DNA of 64,000 bases from Saccostrea echinata (Eukaryota), in the NCBI RefSeq assembly GCF_033153115.1, contig NW_026889774.1:26970001-27034000 (forward strand). The letters are read 5' to 3'. The stretch's first letter is position 1, and the number at the start of each line of letters is the position of its first letter. This document shows positions 27,607 through 40,409 of the stretch, in pieces. A program made the position numbers and the translations under genes. Below the pieces are notes generated by a model that worked only from the letters and a program-made list of their open reading frames with translations, was not told the origin of the DNA and made no database searches.

Positions 27607-28191
27607 TGGTCATTTACAAAATCATTTTGTTAAAAAGCACTCTGATTGTACATACAAGTACTCCAAATTTGACATTAAAAAGATGTTCGAGTTTCTAATT
27701 GACAATATCTATGTGGTTTTTGGAGACCAGGTCTTCCAACAATCTATTTGAATACCCATGGGTACCAATTGCGCCCCGGTATTAGCAGACCTATTTTTAT
27801 ATTCATATGAAGCAGAGTTTGTTCAAAATCTTTTACGTGAAAAGAAAAAAAAAACACTTGCTGTGGCCTTCAACTCGACATTTCGATATATCGACGACGT
27901 ATTATCAATTAACAATATTTACTTTCATTCATATGTCGACTCGATATATCCCATTGAGCTTATAAAAGATACCACAGATTCTGATACGTCTGTTTCGTAT
28001 TTAGATATTTTCCTAGAAAAAAACGTTAATGGTAACCTAACAACAAAGCTTTATGATAAACGTGATAACTTAAACTTTTCAATTTCCAACTTCCCTTACT
28101 TATGTAGCAATATACCCTTATCACATGCATATGGGGTTTATGTCTCTCAGTTGATTCGATACGCAAGAGCATACTCTACGTATGAACAATT
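27607..28191 (+). mobile_element. Penelope-like RT fragment inserted inside a THOC3 exon
   Basis: ORF 27758..28255 MGTNCAPVLADLFL..FRYIDDVL..YLDIFL..LYDKRD, highly similar to 11840-12420, flanked by the two halves of a THOC3 exon. Confidence 0.85.
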
Positions 28192-28359
28192 TCTCACTGG
28201 CCACTCCAACCTGGAATATATGAGGAAATCGACTTTTTATCACATCTTTCTGTGAACTTTTTCAAAAATTACATGTATAGAAAATGTCTAAGAATGAGGA
28301 ATCCTGCCTTCTTAGACTTTCTTTAAGAGATTCCTAACTTACTGTTTAATCTGATAATC

Positions 28360-29590
28360 TAGAAAGAGTCCTGACATTTCACACATACCAAGAAAGAGTC
28401 CTGACATTTCACACTTACCTAGAAAGAGTCCTGACATTTCACACTTACCTAGAAAGAGTCCTGACATTTCAGACTTACCAAGAGACAGTCCTGACATTTC
28501 AGTCTTACCTAGTCTTACCTAGAGAGAGTCCTGACATTTCAGACTTACCAAGAGACAGCCCTGATATTTCAGTCTTACCTAGTCTTACCTAGAGAGAGTC
28601 CTGACATTTCAGACTTACCAAGAGACAGTCATGATATTTCAGTCTTACCTAGAGTCCTGATATTTCACACTTACCAAGAAAGAGTCCTGACATTTCAAAC
28701 TTACCTAGAGAGAGTCCTGACATTTCAGACTTACCTAGAGAGAGTCCTGACAATTCACACATACCAAGAAAGAGTACTGACATTTCACACTTACCAAGAG
28801 ACAGTCCTAACATTTCAGTCTTACATAGAAAGAGTTCTGACATTTCAGTCTTACCTAGAGAGTCCTGATATTTCAGACTTACCAAGAAAGAGACCCGAAA
28901 TTTTAGACTTACCTAGAGAGAGTCCTGACATTTCAGACTTACCTAGAGACAGTCCTGACATTTCACACTTACCTAGAGAGAATCCTGACATTTCACACTT
29001 ACCTAGACACAATCCTGTCATTTCACACTTACCTAGAGAGAGTCCTGATATTTCACACTTACCTAGAGAGAGCCCTGACATTTCACACTTACCTAGAGAG
29101 AGTCCTGACATTTCACACTTACCTAGAGAGAGTCCTGACATTTCAGACATACCTAGAAAGAGTCCTGACATCTCCCACTTACCTAGAGAGAGTCCTGATA
29201 TTTCACACTTACCTAGAGAGAGTCCTGACATTTCAGACTTACCTAGAGAGAGTCCTTACATTTCAGACTTACCTAGAGAGAGTCCTGACATTTCAGACAT
29301 ACCTAGAAAGAGTCCTGACAATTCACACTTACCTAGAGAGAGTCCTGACATTTCACACTTACTTAGACAGCGTCCTGATATTTCACACTTACCTAGTAAG
29401 AGTCTTGACATTTCACACTTACTTAGAGACAGTCCTGACATTTCACACTTACCTAGAGAGAGTCTTGACATTTCACACTTACTTAGAAAGTGTTCGACAT
29501 TTTCAGACTTATCTAGAGAGAATTGTGACATTTCAGACTTACCTAAAAGAGTGTTGACATTTCAGTCTTACCTCGAGAAAGTCCTGACAT
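28360..29590. repeat. 30-bp minisatellite, about 41 units, derived from a THOC3 exon/donor junction
   Basis: Unit agagagagtcctgacatttcacacttacct; minus strand TGTCAGGACTCTCTCTAG|GTAAGTGTGAAA. Continuous with the exon end at 29572. Confidence 0.95.
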
Positions 29591-29865
29591 CCCATATACT
29601 GAGCAAGGCGTCGGCACATACTGTGGCAAAGTTCTTTCCCTTGGGATCAAATTCGATTCAGATGCAGTTAGCAGGGCGGGCGTTCAGTGTGTGCTAAAGC
29701 TTAAGGTCTGGGAAAATTGACAAGAAAAAAATCATATATTCTAAATTCCAGTTTTGAGTGATGATACCAATGAATTAAAACATTCTATGTCCTCTTTCAT
29801 GGAATTAGAGACTTAAGATTAAAATAAAGAATACTGCTTAAGACTAGGAATCAGTTTGGTGTGGG

Positions 29866-29867
<2 letters not shown>

Positions 29868-29940
<73 letters not shown>
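29868..29940. repeat. (TA)n microsatellite
   Basis: Direct observation. Confidence 0.98.
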
Positions 29941-29943
<3 letters not shown>

Positions 29944-32027
29944 CTCATGTTTATTACAAATGAAAGTTTCAAACAGATTTTAATTTTTGCCACCTATATA
30001 ACTGCATGTTTTGCCCAAAGTATGATCTCTCACATATGTCAGAAACTGCGATTCAGTCCGCATTTGGGTGATTTGAATTCTTGTTTCAAAATATTTTATT
30101 GGTGGATTATTAATCCAATGAAGCAAATTCAATGACATCATTGTGACCAAAATAATAACTTCATTGTTCTCTAGTATAGAGTCTCCTTTACAAAAAAAGG
30201 TTTCTCCCTCTTTCCAAATTATATCTTTACTCATTATTCAGTGACGTTAAGTCAGCAATAAGCACATTAAAATCCTTGCGGAAAATCCGCAAGAAATTAG
30301 AAGTCAAGTATTACCGTATAGCGGGTGCAAAATTTGGCGTTTTGCTTGCTCAAAGGTATGCCAATAATTTTAACGGAAATTTTTTTGGCGGTGTCGCATA
30401 ATATTTGGTCCGCCTCGTTTAAAGGTCCGGGGGGGACATAATACGATAACATATAAGGTCCGCCTTCTATAAGAAAAGGTCCGGCCCGTATATGAAAAGG
30501 TCCGCCTAAGTTTAAAGGTCCGGGTAGTGCAAAATGTTTTAATCTTGACTTAAACACATAAAATTAAAGAGCGTTTGTTTACATCATATGAAGAAAGATT
30601 AAGGATTTACCCTAGCTGTTGTGTTTATTTTTTTCTACAATATATCTCTTAGGGCAGGAATTGCTACTCCATGTTTAGTGTGCTTTTAGCAATACCGTTT
30701 AGGGCAATGATTTTTAAAAAAAATGTCGCATTCATTGGGCTTGTGTTTGTTTTTCCCAAGCATTTGCTTTGTGTAAATTAGGACGATTAAAGGTGTGAAA
30801 TCTGTCGGTGTGTATAGGCAATAAAACAATGGGGGTGTGAAGTATTCGTATACCTGACAGGTACCCGCAGGTAGAGCCCGCGGCAGATAGCAATGACAAT
30901 GTAATGGTCATGTGTTTGCTATGAATTCTATATTTTAATAAATTATGCTGAAGAACAAATTATAATACTATTATGATATTCATGCGTACACATCAAAATT
31001 GTGATATAATTATATAATTATATATAGTCTATTTTTATTACAATATTTAAAGAAATTTCTTATTCCAAGTGCATGTAGAGTTTAATACTAAGACCGATAA
31101 AAAATAAAATTATGTATATGCTTCCCTTTAGTTTTAACAATTAACTTGTTTTCACTTTATAATAATATTTTGCCCTTTATTTGTGGATAGGGTAATATAT
31201 AGCCTAATGTTGTATTCGATCTGTATTTACTGCAGAAACAAAATACATGTAATGTTAAAGCTTAAAACAGGTAATTCAATATTGAAAACATATACATCAG
31301 ATTTAAAGTATAATCATGGTTTGGATTTAATTCTTTCTTATAAAAATGTCACTCTTCTTCGTCATAATGAACTACATATGAAATAATATTTCATTTTTGT
31401 ATTTTTTTTTATTTTTTATTTTTTTATTTTTTTTTTTTTGCCAAAAGAAAAAGAAAGAAAAAGAAATTACACATTTTACTGTGACTATAATAGACAGACT
31501 GTGGGATAATCTAGCAGGCTGTATTGCATGACAGATTAAAATTTGAAATCATTATTGTAAAATATTTTCTTTTATTACCGACATGAAGCATTTTGGGCAA
31601 AGTTGAATGTCCAGTTCTATATAATTAAGTAATTTATGTATCTCACGTCTGTAGGGAAGGGGGAGGGAACATCAGTTGATCCTCTTCCTTTTTTTTTTTT
31701 TTTTGCGTATCAAGGAATTTCTATTTTCTACATTAATTTGTGCTATAACCCCCCCCCCCCCCACAAATGCACCCAGAAATATACTGACTGATTGTTTCTG
31801 GGGACGTTGTCAAGCGTGCGTCATATTTCCCATTTCAAGCTACATGATATGTACATTTTCGTGATGTCGACTAGAAGCGTTTCAGTCTAATTCTAAATCA
31901 AAAATATATTTCTTTTATAAAACGCTGATTATTTAAGATTATTTATTTTATTCATTTTTGGAAAGTGGCAACTCAAGGTTATCCGGAGAAAAAAGGTAAT
32001 TCATGGGGTTTTCCATCATGAGAGTCC

Positions 32028-32190
32028 AAGCTGCAGACAGCTCAGTATTACGTTACGCTACAACTCCATACCAAGTAGTCCCGGAGAATTGACACTGTAT
32101 GGAGTATGACTGAGAGTCATACTCCATACTCTCTGGGACTTCTTTCCCTACGAATAATGATATGGAGTAATACTGAGCTGTCTGGAGCTT
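32028..32190. mobile_element. Small palindromic MITE-like element
   Basis: TIR aagct.cagacagctcagtattac, with central perfect hairpin gtatggagtatgact-gag-agtcatactccatac. Confidence 0.65.
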
Positions 32191-32494
32191 AATTGAGAGT
32201 GGTCTCCCGTGTAGAATTTTCTACGCGGTGAAAACCAATAAAGTGTATTGTTTAGTACCACTACACCTGTTCAAGAGTTTTTGAAAAATTCTTTACTAAA
32301 GATAGGAACTTTGCCAATATCCTTAAATTATCCTTTTCGAAGTCCTCAGTCATTCTCCGTGGTAACCATGGAGGAAATAACACGATCGGTCTCATGTAGT
32401 CATGACAGAATTTTTGAAGTTCGATTTTCATAAATGCTATACATTGCACATATGTTGTTTCGGATATTACCAAATAATTTTGAATAATGATTAT

Positions 32495-32781
32495 ACAGAC
32501 GCGAATCAAGAATTTTTCAATGGGGGGGGGGGGGGCATCCCAGTCAAAAAAAATTCTAACCCAAAAATTTCTTGACAAGAAAGAAAAAAAACCCCGTAAA
32601 ATCCAATTCCATTTCCAAAACTTGAAAAACACCTATTTCGTGGTGGTGATGGTAGGGTCCACGTTTTCTAAGGGGGCCCAAAGTCATTTTTTATTTACTT
32701 CAGTATATACTTTTAATAACTCTGCAAATTCCAGATGGGGGGAGGGTCCCACCGACCCCCCCCCCCTCAGATCTATGCATG
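32495..32781. mobile_element. Short TIR MITE (CAGGCGCGGATC...GATCCGCGCATG type), degenerate
   Basis: cagacgcgaatc at the left end and ccccctcagatctatgcatg at the right end. A related end ggatccgcgcctg lies at 7743-7755. Confidence 0.5.
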
Positions 32782-33289
32782 TTATATGAATAATTTCGGT
32801 AGTGGCTGGAGAAATTTCCGGTAATACATTGCATCTCAGGTGAGGAAGAGGGGGAGGGGTGGCAATAACACCTTCTTTAAATTTCCATCTGCTCCTTGCG
32901 TATCAAGTACGTAGAAAATAAACACCATCTGGTGTATTACAGATTTCTTTTTACTTGTCACACAATCATTTACCACATACATTATGTACGTAGTGTTGAT
33001 GAACCCCTCTCTTATTTTTAAGGTGATTATTTTCCCAATTCATTGTATGAATGCAAAAACAAATACTCCCTCTTTTTCATGCTATATGGATACGGATACA
33101 GTACAACCAATGATCATTCTAACATAACATTTTTGTGATATGCATGGATAATAAATCTGAACATATCTTTTGATTGTATGTGGTGAATATATTCCAGATA
33201 AATATACATTGTACTACCATTATACATTCAGATTCGTCACTGCCTTTTATAAAAGAATCGTCCTACGATTTTCCAAGACCTTGACATAA

Positions 33290-34032
33290 AATAAGAGGCC
33301 CATGGGCCACACCACTCATCTGAGTCAATAAGGCCCTGCTTTTCATCAGCAAATTTATTCTAACATATCTTCCAATGTAAAACATTAATCACTATTGTGA
33401 CCCCACCCTACCCCAGGTGTCATGATTTTTATAGATATAGCGCTAGCCCCACCCTACCCCTCGGGGTCATGATTTAAACAAACTTGAATTTACACTACCT
33501 CAAGATACTTCTATATCAATGTGACTAAACATGGCTTTGTTGTTCCTGAAAAAAAAGTTTTAGAATTTTTCCCCCCATACATTCACATGCTAAACCCTGA
33601 TAATGCATTGTGGCCCATCCTACCCCTAAGGGGTCATGGTTTGATTGATTGATTGATTAGGGTTTAACGCCGAGTCGGCTATATTTCAGCCATATTCCGG
33701 CGGAAAATTAATTTTATATGACCTTTTATCATGGTTTAAATAAATTTGAATCTACAATACCTGAGGATGATTCCATATCAATCTGACTAAAGATGGCTTT
33801 GCTGTTCTTGTGGAGAAGATTTTTCGATATATATATATATATCCTATGTAAAACTTTGATCGCCCATTGTGACCCCACCCTACCCCGGGGGTCATGATTT
33901 GAACAAACGTACATCTACACTAACTGATGATGCTTCCATATTAATATGACTAATCATGACATTGTTGTTCTTAAGAAGAAGATTTTTGAAGACTTTTTCC
34001 AAGATATTCCTTTGTAAAACCTTAATCCCCCG
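33290..34032 (+). mobile_element. Non-autonomous Helentron-like element with ~170-bp Cg170-type tandem units
   Basis: 5' end aagaggcccatgggccacaccactcatctgag and repeated ccccaccctacccc..ggggtcatgattt.aacaaacttgaat.tacactacct. Confidence 0.7.
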
Positions 34033-34049
34033 TTTTGATCTGTCTACTA

Positions 34050-36085
34050 CAAAGAGAAAATTATAAACAGGGTTTTTTTTCTGTAGCATGGAAAATAGAG
34101 AAAGGGGTAGGGCGGACCTTAAAACGCAGTATAATAAAAGCCCCGCCTTCTGTATTTCAGATATCGTACTATTGTCACACCTAGATTTTGACTGTTTTTA
34201 TTTTTTTTTTTGTATAAATCCATTCAGTCGCATATAAAGCCCTTATTTTAGCGTAAATATAGTTTTATAGCCTTGTCTTAAGAATTAAAATATGTAACAT
34301 GTGTTTTCATTAATACACTATTTTCTGGTTGTTGTATAAATGTGTGAAATGTCTTATAATTTCTACTTAATGATTCAAAGTATATTTTCTTTAAATTGTG
34401 ACATCTGAGTCTAATTGTATTTGAGTCACTTTTTACCTTTAATGTAATTATTTTTTTCTTGCTGTCAGACAGGTGTAAACCAATTAATTGTTCAAACACC
34501 AGATGTCATAACTGAGTACCTTGTTTACTCAAGTTGAGTTGTTTTAGCGAAAAGTTGTGTAACTGTCGTTTAATTATCATTACTCGTTAATTGTCTTTTC
34601 ACTAATTGTTCTCTGAATATCCTGAGTTATAATTTTTGATTGGTCCTTTTTCAAGAACTAATTCTTTAAAATGGGCAAGAGTTGGGAAATGCGCATCACA
34701 TCCATGATTGCGTTAATAAAGACATAAAGTTTATATTTCCCACTCTTCGCCTCTATTTCTAGGTATGTACTGCATTTAAATTATTTACTTTCATTTTTTT
34801 TAAAGACGGGTTTTATTAATTTTGGAATTAAGTTCAGAATTTGGTTTCTTATTTTTGTCTAAAAATGTACACTCAACTTAGAACTTTATTTCTTAATTTT
34901 CTTATTGGGTTTAACAATTAATAAGGATACTTGTAAATACACTTTCTGCATTTATATCATGTTTTATTATTTTGACAATTTTAAATATAGTTAGCTAAAG
35001 GGAAATAATACATGCATTTGCTTATCAACAAGTACAACTCTTTCTCCCTCTCGCAATCATGGATGTGATGCGCATTTCCCAACTCTTGCCCATTTTAAAG
35101 AATTAGTTCTTGAAAAAGGACCAATCAAAAATTATAACTCAGGATATTCAGAGAACAATTAGTGAAAAGACAATTAACGAGTAATGATAATTAAACGACA
35201 GTTACACAACTTTTCGCTAAAACAACTCAACTTGAGTAAACAAGGTACTCAGTTATGACATCTGGTGTTTGAACAATTAATTGGTTTACACCTGTCTGAC
35301 AGCAAGAAAAAAATAATTACATCAAAGGTAAAAAGTGACTCAAATACAATTAGACTCAGATGTCACAATTTAAAGAAAATATACTTTGAATCATTAAGTA
35401 GAAATTATAAGACATTTCACACATTTATACAACAACCAGAAAATAGTGTATTAATGAAAACACATGTTACATATTTTAATTCTTAAGACAAAGCTATAAA
35501 ACTATATTTACGCTAAAATAAGGGCTTTATATGCGACTGAATGGATTTATACAAAAAAAATAAAAACAGTCAAAATCTAGGTGTGACACTATTACAAGGC
35601 GAAAACTTTGAACAGGTTTATTTTCGTAGCATAAAAACTAGAAAAAGAGGCAGGGCGGACCTTAAAGCGCAGTAAAATAAAAGGTCCGCCCTCTGTTTTT
35701 CAGATATTTTACCATTAGAAAGCAAACATTTTGGACAGTGTTTATTTCCGTGACATAAAAACTAGTCAAAATGACAGGGCGGACCTTAAAACGCAATATA
35801 ATAAAAGGTCCGCCCTCTATATTTCAGATATCTTAGTATTACAAGGCGAAAATTTTGAACGGGGTTTATTTTCGTAGCATACAAACTAGAGAAAGAGGCA
35901 GGGCGGACCTTAAAACGCAGTATAATGAAAGGTCCGCTCTCTGTGTTTTAGATGTCTTACTATTACAAGGCGAATATTTTAAACAGAGTTTATTAAAAGT
36001 TATCGTAGCGTAAAAAAAAAAATCGTTAAAATGGCAGGGCGGACCTTAAAACGCAGTATAATAAAAGGTCCGCCCTCTGTTTTTC
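34050..36085. repeat. ~124-bp tandem repeat, 5 units, interrupted by a foldback element
   Basis: agggcggacctt at ~34109, 35652, 35776, 35900 and 36036. Each unit forms the hairpin agggcggacctt...aaggtccgccct. Confidence 0.85.
34173..35588. mobile_element. Foldback element with ~540-bp near-perfect TIRs, TGT...ACA ends
   Basis: Arms 34173-34712 and 35052-35588, spacer about 340 bp, exact TSD CTAT (34169-34172, 35589-35592). The mirrored ORFs 34278..34499(-) and 35265..35486(+) differ by one residue. Confidence 0.9.
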
Positions 36086-39000
36086 TTTTTTCCCACATAC
36101 ATGTATCTCACTTACAAAGCAAAAATTATGGAAATGCTGTAAGTTCCTATTGTTTTTTTTTCTTTGTTGGTTCATGTGTTTTTCCAGAGTAAAAAGATAA
36201 TTAGGTTTTTAATTTTAGGATGGACGCTAAATTAACTTAGAAAACTCTTGGAATGGCCTAATTGTGCATAAGAATTGCATATATACTACATGTAGTAGTG
36301 TACTTTTTTTCATTTAATATGCTGACAAAAAGAAAAAACTTTAATGTCAATTAATTATCCACTCTATGTACGTTTGCAGGAGATGTGTCTACTGTATTGT
36401 ATATCTATATGCAACTATAAACATCTGTCTGAAGGGACCAAGGATATATATTATTATTTAATTAGTAATGTTGATGACGTGCAACAAGAGAACTATAACC
36501 CCCCCCCCCCTATCACACACACATAAATAAAAAAGAAATAGCCGCTTAAAGTCGTAGAAAATCTAATTTAAACCAAAATCAAAATAAATATAAAAAATAT
36601 TAACAAAAGAACACGATTTGGTGGTTTTTTAAGAATTTTTATATCAGTCACGATCTCAACTGACACTTTCCTTTTTATTTTAGGGGGAAATACATGTCAA
36701 GTTGCTCTGTAAAACCCCTCTGTAAATAGTGTGGGTGGATAAGATTCTCCCTAGTAAGAAGGTGGAAAAGGAGAAAATTCTGTACTGAAGCGTACTGAGT
36801 ATTTCCTATGGTGGATAATAAAGCCGGGGTTGTTTCTTCCAAGCTCGCTGCATGTCATTTCCGAAATTTTGCATTGCATATCCGACATTTTTTTGTTTTC
36901 ATTTTACAATACAATCAACACTAAGTCTAGTAAAAATACAAAGTTTAGTAATAAAATGCAATAATTTTAATAATAAAACATGCAATTTTTGATCACCATA
37001 TTTTAATGCCCACTGAATTATATGTGTTTGAAAGCACCGAAAAACAGAATCTCCTCAACTTTGATTACTTTATTCCGTCAAACATAGTTTCTGTATGTCA
37101 TAAATTCTATCTAAATCTTTCTGATCTCAAATTCAGTCTGATTATCTTGATTTGAAAAGATGAACAAAAATTCACAACTTACACTTACATGTGTCCGAGG
37201 ATAAAATCGTCATAAGATTCTTTTAAATATAAGCAGAACTTATTATTTGGAAATCAATGAATTATTCTTGATTTATTCTTTAATTTTTTTATAAGGGAAA
37301 TTTCAATTTTGTTTTCATTGCCGGAAAAGTACTTTATGATGATAAATGTCAGAGATGAAAATTTTAAAACGTCAGAAATGAAAACTACAAAATGTAGGGA
37401 ATGAAATAAAAAAAAATTCCGGAAATAAAATCCTATGCTAGGCTCATTTTCCAAAAGGGGAGGGGTCTTTAAACCCAAGCTCGTTTTTCCGGGAAAAAAT
37501 ATTAATGCGGGAGGAAAGTCTACAACATCAGTACTTTTTAAACTATTTGACATCTATCAGCATAATTTTGCTATACCCCACCCACCAAAAATACAACAAC
37601 ACCATTTATAATCTTTTCCTTTTTTGGGGGAGGGGGTGTTTTATTGCTTAAAATGTTCAACTCGATTGACTTTGGTTTGATTTTGACAATTAATGCACAT
37701 CTTCCTTAACCAGTGTTAACCCCGGGGTAATATCAAGTAGAATGAAATAATTCTTAGTTTTTAACTGGATAAGAAACGATGGTTATAAAAACACGGGGGA
37801 TATGCGACTTCAAGTGTGTCAGGTGAGACAATAGGCCTACCCCCCAAAGCACAAACATGTTGTTTTAACAACAACGGGATAGGCTAGTACACCGTAACAC
37901 AAGTCCCTGTCAAAGTGACCCTCCAATTATTTTATAGTTAGGTACAATATGAATCGTAAGAATTATGCATAATTATTATTAATGATATAATGAAATATCT
38001 TTCGAAAGATATGAAAATTCTTTTTGGGAAGTGGAAGTCGAACGTTGTTAGGAAAGAGACTGTAATGAAATGATCATTGTTGGACTTACGAACACCATAT
38101 ACTGAACAATGTGCCAGTGAAGGTATGCGTATTATATATATGTATTTTTTTTTAATTTTGCAATGATAATATTGATATCACTTAAACTATAAAAGACACA
38201 TGTCGTACATGATTTTCCCATAAGGTAACTCGATCAACAGATCTTTGCATCTTTATATTTTTTGTTTTGTGCACTACCTGGGAGGTATGTACTACGATAA
38301 GGAGCTAACAGTTAATCAGTGCTAACATCAAATTTTGAATAATTTTTTGATAGATAATTTGAGGTTTTGTACTGAAATATATCATAATATTAGAAATATA
38401 ATTAATTAAAATTGGCTAACGAAATCTAGCAACTAGCGAGATATCGCAAGACTTGATCCTTTTAGTATATATACAATGTACATACATGTACGTCCCTGGA
38501 ACTCCATTTTGCTGGGAGGGACACTTTTATAACAACTATATCTTAAATAATTTAAAAAGATTAATTAAGCAAATTAATTTCGAATCAATAAAGGAGAAAA
38601 ATCTGCAAATCAAACCGAAGGCGGGTCTTTTATTATAGAGGCAGGTCGGACCTTATATGTTATCGTATTAGGTCCCCCCGGACCTTTAAACAAGGCGGAC
38701 CAAATATTATGCGACAGCGGTCACGCAGTTCAATGACGTTGTAAAAGCAAGAAAGTTCATCTTTTCAGTACTTTTTATTTACGTTTGATACCGATTCACA
38801 CAGAATTTGAGTAAAACTAATAGCAATTGAAAGCTACATTGTTAAAGAACATACTTCTTTTCGCTTGTTACTTATACACAAGGGTACAAATTCAGCGATC
38901 GAAATTTTACCGGACTGCTTCAAAACCGCTAAAATAAGCCAAAATTAGCACCCTGCTAAAAATTCCCGTTATACGGTATTTCGGGTTTACAAAACTTTCA

Positions 39001-39825
39001 ATGACCATCTACAACAATTGATTTTTTTACTCCAACAAATAGTATATCATTTAAAGATGTAAATATGGAGTTTATCTATTTAATTTCAACATAGGGTTTC
39101 AGTAATTTACCCCCCAGGGAAAAATATTCTAAGCAATAAAGTGCTGTGAACTGAAATCACTGTTACTTACTATTCAATTTTTACTCACACTCCTCATTTA
39201 GTTCCTCTAATTAAGGATCCCACAAATACACGATTTATCTAAACTTTTTTGAGCCCTGCATGAAAATGCACGAGCCCAATAGAAATTTCACTGTCCGGCC
39301 GTCTCCGTCAACACTAAGTCTTTATCTCTGTACTTGTGACGAAATAACTCAAATATATATAGTGTCAATGATATGTTTTCAAATTTTGTACATACAAATG
39401 TAAGTTCTTAAATATATGAGGAAGTGCCTTCTAGATTTTGGGAACCATCCATATCTTTTCATTTATCTGTCCCTCAACACTTGTTGTGACACAGTAACTC
39501 AGATTTCATTGATATGTTTTCGAATTCTGTACATATGTACTTTGGCATAAAACCAAGAAAAGATTTTATGATCCATCTGTCTGACCATCCGTCCGTATGT
39601 CCCCCAATACTATTGTTGTGATTCCATATTTCAAACAATTTTCAACAAACCTTTTTTTTTTTTAAATTTGTACATAAGTACTTTACTATAAGCAAAAGAG
39701 AATATCACCGTCTGTCTGTACACTGGATATTTGTTTGAAGTATATCCAGGGCACTTTTTTGTGGTCTACATGTATATTTCAAATAGTTTTCAATGTAATT
39801 TTAAAATTTTGTACATAGTTAGTGA

Positions 39826-40090
39826 CCTGAAATATATGGAGATAACGAAGAGTATTCAAGTTCAAAAGTCCATTAAACATTACAAAATAGGTGCAGAGCA
39901 AACACGGACCTCCAAAACATCAGAGGTGGGATCAGGTGCCATGGAGGAGTGAGTATCCCCTGCCGACCGGTCACACCCGCCGTGTGCTCCTTGTCATGAT
40001 CGGGAAATAACGGAAAAATCCGTCGACAATTCAGTGTGTAAATACTGGCCTAACAATTAGTATGAAAAACTTCAGTCAGCATTTGACTCT
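39826..40090 (-). mobile_element. Penelope-like element 3' end, 5'-truncated
   Basis: Near-identical to 11445-11703. Confidence 0.85.
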
Positions 40091-40409
40091 AATAGCAAAA
40101 AAAAAAAACACCTACAGACCTGTTTGCTGTTTGTATGTATGTTTAAATATATGTCCTTAACACTTGTTTTTACTCGATAATTCGTACAATTTTCAACGCT
40201 AAATTTAAAATTCTACGCAGAAGAACGTTACTGTAAGAGAGGTGTAATGAATTTAAGGTTCATATCACTTTGTCTGTATGTATGTTTGTTTTCTAATTCT
40301 TTAACAGCACTTAGCGGGACTCTGTCAGTTTTCTAGTTTATTGAGATTTCAAGAATCTTGTTCTTACTCTATGGTTTTGTTGGAATATTGCTGTGATCAT
40401 TATTTATTA

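Larger units (their letters stand above)
26000..29712 (-). pseudogene. THOC3: THOC3 3'-part pseudogene (copy B): three exon remnants
   Basis: Exon ~29572-29712 (PDLKL*HTLNARPANCI*IEFDPKGKNFATVCADALLSIWDVRTFSR). A split exon with LEWPVR at ~28192-28211 and IDVAEVDSG at ~27580-27606. Terminal exon 26000-26163 (WHPKHPYWP.., frameshifted). Contains stops and indels. Confidence 0.85.
30392..38716. mobile_element. 8.3-kb non-autonomous TIR element with TGT...ACA ends (Ginger-like)
   Basis: ~70-bp near-perfect TIR tgtcgcataatatttggtccgcct.gtttaaaggtccgggggg ac.taatacgataacatataaggtccg and exact 4-bp TSD GCGG (30388-30391, 38717-38720). No transposase ORF seen. The superfamily is inferred from the termini and TSD only. 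Confidence 0.8.
30314..38976. mobile_element. TA-flanked MITE split by a later 8.3-kb insertion (parts 30314-30391 and 38717-38976)
   Basis: TA|CCGTATAGCGGG ... CCCGTTATACGG|TA termini. Confidence 0.75.

Noticed and set aside
28360-29590. CRISPR-like array
   Set aside because: Head-to-tail repeats with no unique spacers, no cas genes, and a eukaryotic context.
29980-30234. 84-aa ORF as a further THOC3 exon or transposase piece
   Set aside because: I recognise no similarity to THOC3 or any domain. It would need BLASTX.
34278-35486. Duplicated 73-aa ORF as a gene pair
   Set aside because: Mirror images inside TIR arms, non-ATG start, and no recognisable domain.
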